DNA of 32,000 nucleotides, taken from NCBI RefSeq assembly GCF_000196355.1, contig NC_007614.1, positions 2,310,001-2,342,000 of the forward strand. Reading direction: 5' to 3'. The notes under the pieces were generated by a model that was not told where the DNA came from, did no database searches, and saw only the letters and a list, made by a program, of their open reading frames with translations. Positions 17,271-25,621 of this stretch are shown in pieces. The DNA comes from Nitrosospira multiformis ATCC 25196 (GTDB lineage Bacteria; Pseudomonadota; Gammaproteobacteria; Burkholderiales; Nitrosomonadaceae). Numbering within the stretch: position 1 is the first letter of the stretch; each line of letters starts with the position of its first letter. The translations under genes were made by a program, and so were the position numbers.

Positions 17271-18368
17271 ATGACACCCGATAGTTCCCGTTTTGCTGTA
17301 GGTATATTTATAGTGTTGGTGAGTCTCGGCGGCGCCTACGCTACTCTGAATAATTTTTCCGATCGTCCTGCCGGCTCCGCTGAGCGGTTACACGAGGAAT
17401 TGAACGTCGGTTTTGCCTCTCACTGGAGAGCTCGGACGGGCGTGAACATCAAGGTCGATCAGGCCCGGAGCAGGTCGGGGAAGCCCGTACATATTACGCT
17501 CGATGGGCTTGATATTCCCGCCCTTGCGCTGTCCTACGATGTGGACAAGCTGCATGATAAGGAAAGATTTATTGCACCTGACTTCCGTCAGCTTTTAGCG
17601 CAGGATTTTCGGACTGGCTCTTATCCTTCCCCCTATACCTCGACCATCGTATTCCTGGTAAGGAAAGGCAATCCAAAGAAACTCAAGGACTGGGGCGATC
17701 TGGTACGCTCGGATATAAAAGTAGTTACACCCAATCCAAGGCATTCTGAAAGCGGCCGCTGGAATTATCTTGCGGCGTGGGGATACGCCGTGAGGCGATC
17801 AGGCGGCAGCGAACAAGCTGCGCGTGAATTTGTCAGTCAGTTGTTTGCCAATGTCCAGACAGTGGATTACGAGGGTAAAAAGCCGGGAAACTTGGGTGCC
17901 GCCTTTGTCTTTCGCAACATCGGCGATGTACTCCTCACCTGGGAAAATGAAGCGTACCTGATCGTTCAGAACAGTGGAGCCGATAAGTTTGAAGTCATCA
18001 CCCCGTCCATATCAATAGTGGCTGAACCCGCTATAAGTGTGGTGGACGCAGCTGCACGTGGGAAAAGCACACGCCGTGTAGCGGCTTCATACATCGAATA
18101 CTTATATACACCCCAGGCGCAGCATATCGCCGCCAAGCACTATTACCGTCCCCGCGATCCGGCCATTACCACGAAGTACGTGGACAGGTTTCCGCGCCTT
18201 GAGTTGTTTACAGTTGACGAGGTTTCCAGTGGCTGGCAGAAAGCCCAGAAAATACATTTTGCCAGGGGCGGTGTTTTTGACCAGATCACCGGTGATGTTC
18301 CGAATTCTGTCGCCGTGAGGGGCGCTATCGATAGGGACCATATTCAAGCCGGCAATGCTAAAGGCTGA
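17271..18368 (+). CDS. sbp: Sulfate/thiosulfate-binding-protein-like periplasmic SBP (Sbp/CysP family), divergent and orphan
   Basis: Colinear with E. coli Sbp as I recall it: YTSTIVFLVRKGNPK, GRWNYLAAWGY, IGDVLLTWENEA, FEVITPSISI.AEP..SVVD, YLYTPQAQ.IAAKHYYRPRD, KAQKIHFARGGVFDQI. The signal-like N-terminus starts at the ATG at 17271, after GGAGGA. Confidence 0.8.
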   Translation: MTPDSSRFAVGIFIVLVSLGGAYATLNNFSDRPAGSAERLHEELNVGFASHWRARTGVNIKVDQARSRSGKPVHITLDGLDIPALALSYDVDKLHDKERFIAPDFRQLLAQDFRTGSYPSPYTSTIVFLVRKGNPKKLKDWGDLVRSDIKVVTPNPRHSESGRWNYLAAWGYAVRRSGGSEQAAREFVSQLFANVQTVDYEGKKPGNLGAAFVFRNIGDVLLTWENEAYLIVQNSGADKFEVITPSISIVAEPAISVVDAAARGKSTRRVAASYIEYLYTPQAQHIAAKHYYRPRDPAITTKYVDRFPRLELFTVDEVSSGWQKAQKIHFARGGVFDQITGDVPNSVAVRGAIDRDHIQAGNAKG

Positions 18369-18451
18369 ACAGCAAATGACAAGGAAAAACGGGAAGCTGG
18401 CTGACAAAGCCATCCTGGACTTTCCCTTGTACAAAAATTCCCATCCAACCA

Positions 18452-18477
18452 CTACAGGCCCTTTGCAGGGCCTGTAG
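18452..18477. terminator. Perfect 11-bp-stem hairpin downstream of the sbp-like gene, with no U-tract
   Basis: CTACAGGCCCT-ttgc-AGGGCCTGTAG. Confidence 0.4.
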
Positions 18478-18493
18478 CTATCGGGCTCAGTAC

Positions 18494-18881
18494 CTATTCT
18501 GCGGCAGGAGTAGACTCCACCTTTAAATTATCCGGCACCACCGCGAGCCGGATAAAGCCTGTTCCGCTTGCCGCACCAGATCGACTTTCTTGAGTCCGTT
18601 CATCCTTTGCCCGTGTTGCGACGCTACCGCCTCAGCCACAAGCCATAGCCTCCCTGGCAGAAACCCGCACCGATGTATCCGTGCTCTCGCGCTTCATCGA
18701 ACAGTGTCGACTCTGGGGGGGCAAAAGATGACGTACTCGCCCTTTTCCACCGGAGCGTCAGTTACGTGATACAGACTAATGGGAATGCTTCTGGTGACAT
18801 TGGCGCGCAGGCCTGTAGCATGGAAGATGAGCCCCAGCACCAGCAGGCCGAGCGCACGTATCCGATTCTTTGACTGGCCAT
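18494..18881 (-). pseudogene. traF: IncP/Ti-type conjugative-transfer signal peptidase TraF, frameshifted and 3'-truncated
   Basis: Reads ...GLRANVTRSIPISLYHVTDAPVEKGEYVIFCPPRVDTVFDEAREHGYIGAGFCQGGYG. This closely parallels RP4 TraF as I recall it (...TKSIPVGLY...APVEKGAYVLFCPP...ERGYIGAGFCPGGYG). At least three frames are needed, and the C-terminal SFDGRYFG region is missing. Confidence 0.7.
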
Positions 18882-19040
18882 GACTCTCCCGTCACATAAT
18901 GTCCGGATAGAGTCCATAGCTCTTACCAAGGACTGTCAATCAATAATAATTTTGAGTCTATCTTGACAAAAAACAGGAGAAAAAGTGTCAGGCAGATTTG
19001 TCAGGATTGGGTGTACCCGAATCTGACATTAATTTCCTTT

Positions 19041-19066
19041 TATTGTAGCTCAAGTGAGCTACAATA
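19041..19066. promoter_or_regulatory. Palindromic candidate operator in the dinJ-yafQ promoter region
   Basis: TATTGTAGCTCA-ag-TGAGCTACAATA has 12-bp perfect arms. It ends 28 nt upstream of the dinJ ATG. Confidence 0.6.
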
Positions 19067-19093
19067 ATTATTTTTACACATGGAGAAATAACC

Positions 19094-19369
19094 ATGTCCA
19101 AAACCGACATCGTGCGCGCCCGAATTGACGCACAAGTGAAAGAAGAAGCAAGCCGAGTATTGGGAGAAATGGGCCTGACACCCTCAGACGGCATACGCAT
19201 GTTTTTAACAAGTGTGGCCAAGAAAAAAGAGTTGCCGTTTCACCCCATGGATTTCTTCGAACCGAATGCCGAAACCATTGCCGCCATGGAAGAAGTAGAA
19301 CGCGAGGAAAATATAACGGCGTGTGAAACAGTCGAAGAATTAATGGAACAATTGAATGCGCCGGATTAA
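19094..19369 (+). CDS. dinJ: RelB/DinJ-family type II antitoxin
   Basis: Reads MSKTDIVRARIDAQVKEEASRVLGEMGLTPSDGIRMFLTSVAKKKELPF, the DinJ RHH pattern. It overlaps the toxin gene by 14 nt. Confidence 0.85.
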   Translation: MSKTDIVRARIDAQVKEEASRVLGEMGLTPSDGIRMFLTSVAKKKELPFHPMDFFEPNAETIAAMEEVEREENITACETVEELMEQLNAPD

Positions 19370-19637
19370 GTTTTCGCACACCTTCAAGCGCGATTTCCGG
19401 CGCGTGAAGTCTCAGTCACCACATCGGGACATTGACTCTCTGCTGAAAACTACAATGGACTTGTTGGTAACTGATATGCCTTTGCCAGCAAGCTGCGTTG
19501 ACCACGCCTTGAAGGGAAAATTGAAAGGGTATCGGGATTGCCACATTAAACCAGATGTGGTGTTGATTTATCGCAAGCAAGGCAATGACGTTCTCGAACT
19601 CGTACGCCTCGGCTCACATAGCGAACTTGGCATTTAG
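19356..19637 (+). CDS. yafQ: YafQ-family (RelE-fold) mRNA interferase toxin
   Basis: Contains FKRDFRRV...DHALKGKLKGYRDCHIKPDVVLIYRKQGNDVLELVRLGSHSEL, the typical YafQ C-terminal H...GSHSEL pattern. Confidence 0.85.
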   Translation: MRRIKFSHTFKRDFRRVKSQSPHRDIDSLLKTTMDLLVTDMPLPASCVDHALKGKLKGYRDCHIKPDVVLIYRKQGNDVLELVRLGSHSELGI

Positions 19638-19675
19638 CGGGTAAGGCAAGTTTAGGGCACCAGCATCCTTCCGCG

Positions 19676-19768
19676 GCTTCTCGTTTTCAGTTTTGAGAGT
19701 TACCCACCCCCTTTCGCCCCTCTTGCCTTACTCACTCGGCCGGGGCTTCGGGCGTGGATAACTCTCCA
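19676..19768. repeat. Copy B (intact) of the ~93-bp palindromic repeat element
   Basis: GGCTTCTCGTTTTCAGTTTT is followed by a long imperfect palindrome, GAGAGTTACCCACCCCCTTTCGCCCC...GGGGCTTCGGGCGTGGATAACTCTC. It starts 39 bp downstream of the yafQ stop. Confidence 0.75.
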
Positions 19769-20517
19769 GTTTTGATCAGGAATAGCTCCCAAGTATTAAG
19801 GCCACTCTTTTATCCCCCGCTTCATTTATTCCTTACTCGACCGATTGACTGTTAAGCTCCCAGGAATTTAAAACTGAAACTCGATCAGGGCTCAGACCAG
19901 CGAGCATCAGGATAAGGTCTCGGAGCACATCAACCCCAACCAGGGGATAGTTGGATCACTAAATCACGATCGATGAAAAATCTACCGCCTCATTCCTGGC
20001 TCCTTGCCTTCCTTATAATGAGAAAAGGCCAATAGCACGAATTCCCTAATTCGCTGCTGCAACTGATCGTCGTTGCGCCTGACGGTATATCCGTATTTCC
20101 CTCTACTACGCTGCTACAGCACGGATTGGCAAGCCTGCGGGCATCAGTGCCACTGGAAAAACGTGTACCAAAGTACAGTTAATTCCTTCCTGCCCAATGC
20201 TTAGAATGCGCCTGAGTAAAGTTATCCCTGGCCTATCTTTCAGAAGATCCAATGAATAGATCGGCTAGAACAAGGAGAAGACCATCGGTCGCCTATGAAA
20301 CAGATAGAGGTCAACTCCCTTTTCAAAACATAAATTCCGGAAGGAGAAGGCTCGATACTTAACGGTATTCAATAGAGATAACTCTGCCTACACGATGGCT
20401 GCAGGGGTTTCTATATGAAGTAGGCAAGGAAGTCGTAGGGTAGGTGTGAGTGAAATGGCACTTTAAAAGCACCTGCTATCTTCTTTGCTCAAGCCGCACG
20501 CCTGTTTTACCATACAA

Positions 20518-21285
20518 ATGTCTACTTTCCACCCGCACCCTCCCACCCAAAACCGCCTCCTGGCCGCTCTGCCGCCAATTGAGCTTGACGATCTGGCACC
20601 GCATCTTGAATTGGTTCATCTGCTGCCCGGTGATGTTCTCTGCAAAGCGGGGAAGCAGCTTTCCTATGCCTACTTTCCCACTTCTTCCGTCATTTCCATC
20701 CATTGCCTCCTGGAAAATGGGACATTGTCGGAGCTTACAAGCGTAGGGAGAGAAGGCATGCTCGGCGTCTCGCTGTTCATGGGAGGCGAAGATACCCAGA
20801 GCTCGGCCACAGTGCAAAGCGCTGGCTACGGCTACCGGCTGAACGCCGCATTTTTGCTGCAGGAATTCAATGAGGGGGGAATGCTACAACGCCTGTTGTT
20901 GCGCTACAGCCATGCGCTTGTCACGGAAGCTGCCCAGAATGTGATATGCAGCAGATATCATACAGCACAGCAGCGGCTATGCCGCTGGTTGATGTCCACA
21001 TGGGATAGACTTGGCTCCCAGGAGCTTGTCCTGACCCAGGAATCAATCGCCAGCATTCTGGGCATTCGACGCGAGAGCGTTACAGCAATTGCAAGAAGGC
21101 TGCAGGAAGCTGGAACGATTTGCTACCGCCGTGGCCGCATCATGGTTAATGACCAGGCCGCTCTCCAAAGGGAGTCTTGCGAGTGTTATGACATCATCAA
21201 GAAGGAATTTGACGGGGTGTTTGATGATGTGAGGGTATGTGAGAAGGCAAGGCAAAACAGCATAAATGCGGCAAATGCGCTTTAA
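20518..21285 (+). CDS. Crp/Fnr-family transcriptional regulator
   Basis: It has a cNMP-binding-like beta-roll (LLPGDVLCKAGKQLSYAYFPTSSVISI...GREGMLG) and a C-terminal HTH (LTQESIASILGIRRESVTAIARRLQEAG). The ATG at 20518 is the likely start. Confidence 0.85.
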   Translation: MSTFHPHPPTQNRLLAALPPIELDDLAPHLELVHLLPGDVLCKAGKQLSYAYFPTSSVISIHCLLENGTLSELTSVGREGMLGVSLFMGGEDTQSSATVQSAGYGYRLNAAFLLQEFNEGGMLQRLLLRYSHALVTEAAQNVICSRYHTAQQRLCRWLMSTWDRLGSQELVLTQESIASILGIRRESVTAIARRLQEAGTICYRRGRIMVNDQAALQRESCECYDIIKKEFDGVFDDVRVCEKARQNSINAANAL

Positions 21286-21470
21286 ATCAGTTTTCCGGCA
21301 TTCCCGTTCTCAAACCCGCTTCAGGTTTTTTTTGTTTATTGACCCAGTCTTTAAGGCCTGACCCTTCCTCTACTTTCAACCGCTTTAAGCTGTTTATGTG
21401 AACGAGCGAACAGAACAGTTAAGGAAGTATTAATAAAATTTTGACTAATAGCAGCTCTGTCTCCATTGCG

Positions 21471-21938
21471 ATGGGTAACATGAATCCGTCCCTTTCCGGG
21501 CACAAGGTATTGGTTGTAGACGATGAGGAAGAGATACTGGTTATCACCAGGCTGATGCTGGAGTTACACGGCGCTGAAGTGATTACTTCTCTTACTGCTG
21601 CTAAAGGGTTGGAACAGGTGCAGATACAAAGGCTCGATCTCATCATAAGCGACATCAGCATGCCTCACATGGACGGCTACCAGTTCATTCAGGCCGTGCG
21701 GAACCTCCCCGCCCGTAAAGGGAAAAACACTCCGGCCCTGGCCCTTACCGCTTTCAGCCGATCCCAGGATCGGGAAAGAGCTCTCAATGCCGGTTTCCAG
21801 GCGCATCTTTCCAAACCCGTCTCACTTCAAGTATTAATTGAGACTGTGACGCGCGTTACAAATCTGCCCACTCACTCAGCTCACTGGGGAAGACCCATTT
21901 CCTCTCCTTCTCAAGCCCGATTCGGTAGCTTGCCCTGA
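21471..21938 (+). CDS. Single-domain CheY-like response regulator (receiver only)
   Basis: Reads KVLVVDDEEEILVITRLMLELHGAEV...LDLIISDISMPHMDGYQF...PALALTAFSRSQDRERALNAGFQAHLSKP. All canonical receiver motifs are present. Confidence 0.85.
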   Translation: MGNMNPSLSGHKVLVVDDEEEILVITRLMLELHGAEVITSLTAAKGLEQVQIQRLDLIISDISMPHMDGYQFIQAVRNLPARKGKNTPALALTAFSRSQDRERALNAGFQAHLSKPVSLQVLIETVTRVTNLPTHSAHWGRPISSPSQARFGSLP

Positions 21939-22454
21939 TTTTTCTACTTTAATGCGTTTTATATTAGACTGGGGAGAGTACTAACTCCCGAGTAGAGCCG
22001 TTACCACCGTCCGTTTATTTTCCGGGCGCTGATGCGCTAGATTCTCCCTGAAACGTATGCTTTGATGCTGGGTAGAAGGAGAGGCTGAGGGAAAGCAATT
22101 TATTGAAAAGCTCCATTTAGTAAGACTGGCGTAAGCCAACTTACTGTGCTGGTGTAGCACGGTCCAAGTTCCAATACCCCCGGGAGCTTGAGGAAAGCAG
22201 AGACTTTCACCGCATGAGCTTGATTAAATTTTTCGCATTTGCGAAAATCCACGCCGCAAAGCCCCGACCTAAATGAGCCATCGGTGACAAAGCACAATTC
22301 TGCAAGAGATCAAGGAAGTTTCCCGCCTTTCCGCCATATCATCCGTTAGTGCAATCGTAATAAGCATTCTGTAAGGGTAGCCTGTTGATGCCTGTTTGAA
22401 GGCCATCGACTCGTTGCCTCACGCCCCACTTCACCCCAAAGGAAAATTTAGTTA

Positions 22455-22547
22455 ATGAAGCAGGCTATTGTCCTTACTATTGTTTCCATATTGGTTACCG
22501 GGATTGTCGTATGGGGAATTTCGATCCTGTATAAGGGCTTCTTTTAG
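22455..22547 (+). CDS. Possible 30-aa hydrophobic small protein
   Basis: Reads MKQAIVLTIVSILVTGIVVWGISILYKGFF, with AAGGA upstream. It is below the ORF-track size cut-off and lies in an otherwise ORF-free 820-bp gap. Confidence 0.3.
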   Translation: MKQAIVLTIVSILVTGIVVWGISILYKGFF

Positions 22548-22761
22548 CCTTCTCACGAATCTTCCCAACATGGGGTAGAGTAGAGTGGATCATTAGTCGG
22601 GAGTGGAACGGCATGCGTACCAGTAATGTTCGAATGCCTTGGTGATACTGGTCCGGGCAAAGGATTTGAAAAAAAGGAAGGGTCGCACTCCAGACACAGC
22701 GGAGCGCAAAAGCAATCCGCTCAGGAAGTATCGGTTCACGGCTGCATGCAGAAATAAAAAG

Positions 22762-23469
22762 CTATTCTTTACGTCTGCGCGTCAAGCCGATACCAGTTAG
22801 TCCCAAACCCAGCAATGCCAGGGTCGCTGGTTCCGGAACATTGGCCACTTGATTCGGATCCTCCTGCGGAGGAGTGCTGCCTTCGCCGCCAATGTACTTC
22901 AAGGCACCTCCTCCCGATCCCTGGATATGCACCATTGCGAGCGAAGCGGGTTTATCGCCCCCACCATTAGCATTAACCAGAACAGCAAAATCGCTAACCC
23001 GAACAACTGACACACCATCTGCAGCACTGACTGTCCACGTACTGTATTCACCGTCGACAAACCGAAGCGAAGGATTCCTATTGCTCGTAGGATATTTCAG
23101 TTCAAAGTAAAAATCGTAGCCTGCGTCTTTCCCCGGCGGGTTTATTCCGAAATCAGCGCTGCTTACCAGTTGCGTTCCCCCGAAGTTCCCGAATGAGCTG
23201 CTGTTAAGCAGAGGGACTCCATCGTAGGAAAATAAAAGCTTGGAAATAAATGCCTCATCTCCAATAGCGCCGAGATCACCCACCGAATTCTGGAAGTTGA
23301 AATCCACACTATTTCCGTTCTGGGTCAGAGTCAGCGTAGCGACTGTTACGCTGCTGCCAATGGGGTTACCGGTGAGGTGTGTACTTATGTCGATGATGAG
23401 GGCGGAAGCTGATAGTGGTGCTGTCACCAATAAAGTGCCAGTGAGCGCTCCTGCAATAAGTTTGTTCAT
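22762..23469 (-). CDS. PEP-CTERM-anchored secreted protein (paralog of 11684-12382)
   Basis: Reads MNKLIAGALTGTLLVTAPLSASA...TLTLTQNGNSVDF...FGINPPGKDAGYDFY...VPEPATLALLGLGLTGIGLTRRRKE. GGGGGA lies before the ATG at 23469. Confidence 0.9.
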   Translation of the reverse strand: MNKLIAGALTGTLLVTAPLSASALIIDISTHLTGNPIGSSVTVATLTLTQNGNSVDFNFQNSVGDLGAIGDEAFISKLLFSYDGVPLLNSSSFGNFGGTQLVSSADFGINPPGKDAGYDFYFELKYPTSNRNPSLRFVDGEYSTWTVSAADGVSVVRVSDFAVLVNANGGGDKPASLAMVHIQGSGGGALKYIGGEGSTPPQEDPNQVANVPEPATLALLGLGLTGIGLTRRRKE

Positions 23470-23530
23470 GTTTCCCCCTTGTTTTTGATATTTGTTTCCA
23501 TTCATCATGGATCCCACATTCGAAAGATAT

Positions 23531-23548
23531 AAGCACGAATCGTACCCA
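23531..23548 (-). promoter_or_regulatory. Sigma-54-like promoter of the PEP-CTERM gene at 22762-23469
   Basis: The minus strand reads TGGGTACGATTCGTGCTT (GGTACG-N4-GTGCT). GG and GC have the correct 12-nt register but with two or three deviations from consensus. Confidence 0.5.
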
Positions 23549-23724
23549 ATGTACATCTATTTAATTTAAAGGGATAAATTTCATCTCAGGCTATTTAATG
23601 TAAGAATTACCGACATTCCTAAAGCCTGAAGCGCTCACAGTCTCTTTAAGTATGAGTGTGAAATACCGAACAGCATGAGCCACCGCTTGGTATTACCCTA
23701 ATCTCCAATGTGTAATGCAATGCC

Positions 23725-25062
23725 GTGGTTACTGAACAGAATAGTTGCAGGCAACTTTTCCCGATGATAGCGCCCTCACGCAATTTATTACTCTGCAATA
23801 AAGGAAAGACCGAATTGAACCATTCGTTCTCCATGCTGCAAGCCATCGTAGAATCGACGCCCTATGGGCTTCTGGTGACCAACAAGCACGGGCACTTGCT
23901 TTGCTATAACCAGCCCTATATGGATATGTGGCGCATTCCCCCTGAGGTCATGGTCAATGCGAGACACCAGATAATTTTCGGGCATTACTCCAGTCAATTA
24001 AGAGATCCACAACAATTCCTTCACTCAACCGAGGTAATTTATGGCACGTGGTTGCCCGAAAGTTTCGACATCCTCGAATTCCTCGATGGGCGGGCATTCG
24101 AACGCCATACAAAAGCCACGACCTTGGAAGGGCCAAACATGGTGCGTGTTTGGAGCTTCAAGGACATCACTGAACGCAGGCAGGCGGAGGCCTATAAAGC
24201 GCAGTTGGCCGCAATGGTCGAGTCCTCGGACGATGCAATCATTGTCAAGGACCTGAACGCCATTATCACAAGCTGGAATGCCGGGGCGGAACGGATTTTC
24301 GGGTACCAGGCAAGCGAAATAACAGGCTCTTCCATACTGGCCTTAATTCCCCCGGAGCGTCATGAAGAAGAGAAGGGGATCATGAGCCTCGTCAAGAGCG
24401 GGAACCGCGTGGACCATTTTGAAACCATGTGGTGGGGAAAGGGCAAGAAACCGATTGATGTCTCGGTCACGACATCGGCAGTGAAGGATAGTGACGGCAA
24501 TATTGTGGGCATATCACAGATTGCGCGGGATATCACCAAGCGCAAGGAATCACAGAAACGCATCGAGTATCTTGCCCATTACGATCCGCTAACCGGGCTG
24601 CCCAATCGCGCGTTGCTCGCAGACAGAATGAAAACTGCCATCGAGAATGCCAAGCGTTATTCCTTCCAGTTGGCAGTCCTGTTTGTGGACCTTGACCACT
24701 TCAAGCTAATCAATGATTCGCTTGGTCATGAAATCGGTGACAAGCTGCTCAAGATCGTAGCCGAGCGCATGCGATCCAGGCTGCGTCAAACCGATACCGT
24801 CAGCCGGCTGGGAGGTGACGAATTTATTATCCTGCTGAGCCGGATTAATGCAGCATCCGATGCCGCTTGCGTCGCCGAGAAAATTATTGCAGCACTATCC
24901 CAGCCCTACCACCTTGAACAGCATGAGTTGGGGCTGGGCGCGAGCATCGGGATCAGCATTTATCCGGACAGCGGCAAGGATACCAGCAGCTTGTTGCGCA
25001 GTGCCGATGAAGCGATGTACTCTGCCAAAGGACAGGGTAGGAACCGCTATCATGGTCCGTAG
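23725..25062 (+). CDS. PAS-PAS-GGDEF diguanylate cyclase
   Basis: PAS motifs are present (DAIIVKDLNAIITSWNAGAERIFGY...ARDITKRK). The GGDEF domain reads YDPLTGLPNR...LFVDLDHFKLINDSLGH..GD...RLGGDEFIILL...ADEAMYSAKGQGRNRY. The start codon is uncertain. Confidence 0.85.
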   Translation: MVTEQNSCRQLFPMIAPSRNLLLCNKGKTELNHSFSMLQAIVESTPYGLLVTNKHGHLLCYNQPYMDMWRIPPEVMVNARHQIIFGHYSSQLRDPQQFLHSTEVIYGTWLPESFDILEFLDGRAFERHTKATTLEGPNMVRVWSFKDITERRQAEAYKAQLAAMVESSDDAIIVKDLNAIITSWNAGAERIFGYQASEITGSSILALIPPERHEEEKGIMSLVKSGNRVDHFETMWWGKGKKPIDVSVTTSAVKDSDGNIVGISQIARDITKRKESQKRIEYLAHYDPLTGLPNRALLADRMKTAIENAKRYSFQLAVLFVDLDHFKLINDSLGHEIGDKLLKIVAERMRSRLRQTDTVSRLGGDEFIILLSRINAASDAACVAEKIIAALSQPYHLEQHELGLGASIGISIYPDSGKDTSSLLRSADEAMYSAKGQGRNRYHGP

Positions 25063-25067
25063 CGCCA

Positions 25068-25553
25068 GTGATTGAACAAGGACCTGGCCGACTGAATAGA
25101 CGATTCGACGAAATTGGTAAAACAGTCGCGCCTCAGGTCCTGACACCTCAAAGAATGTTTTCATTCAGCCCAATCCCTTTCCGCAGCCAAGCCCCTCAGT
25201 ACGATAGCAGCATCGTCATCCCCCTGCCCAATGCGAGCGCGGATACGCGCCTGCTGGTGCGCGCCGCCCTGTGAAAATCTATCGAGGGTTTTGCCTACAA
25301 GAAAGCCGGCGTGATGCTGATGGGCATAAATGATGCGCAAATCATTCAAGAATCGTTACTGCACGAGCATGGTGCGGGCGAGCGATCGCAACGTTTGATG
25401 AAGGCCATGGATGCTCTCAATTTACGCTATGGACGCAATACCGTTTCCGTTTTTACTCCTGCATCTCCCAAGTCCTGGGCCATGGGCCGGGAAGCGATGT
25501 CGCCCTGCTATACCACGCGCTGGAGTGATGTGCCAGTAGCGCACGCACGCTGA
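25068..25553 (+). pseudogene. umuC: 3' remnant of umuC (Y-family DNA polymerase V subunit) with an in-frame TGA
   Basis: Reads ...SPIPFRSQAPQYDSSIVIPLPNASADTRLLVRAAL*KSIEGFAYKKAGVMLMG...RLMKAMDALNLRYGRNTV...WAMGREAMSPCYTTRWSDV. This parallels the E. coli UmuC C-terminus as I recall it (...KAGVML...LMTVMDTLN...MLSPRYTTRSSDLL). About the N-terminal two thirds are absent. Confidence 0.75.
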
Positions 25554-25621
25554 CAGTCTTGTTTTCGTGGATGTGAAACAGGACGGGGGCCAGCCGAAGA
25601 TACTGACCCCCTGTAATACAG

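Noticed and set aside
21300-21335. A terminator-like string, AAACCCGCTTCAGGTTTTTTTT, follows the Crp/Fnr gene.
   Set aside because: The stem is only about 5 bp (AAACC/GGTTT). The T-run is suggestive but the hairpin is too weak to call.
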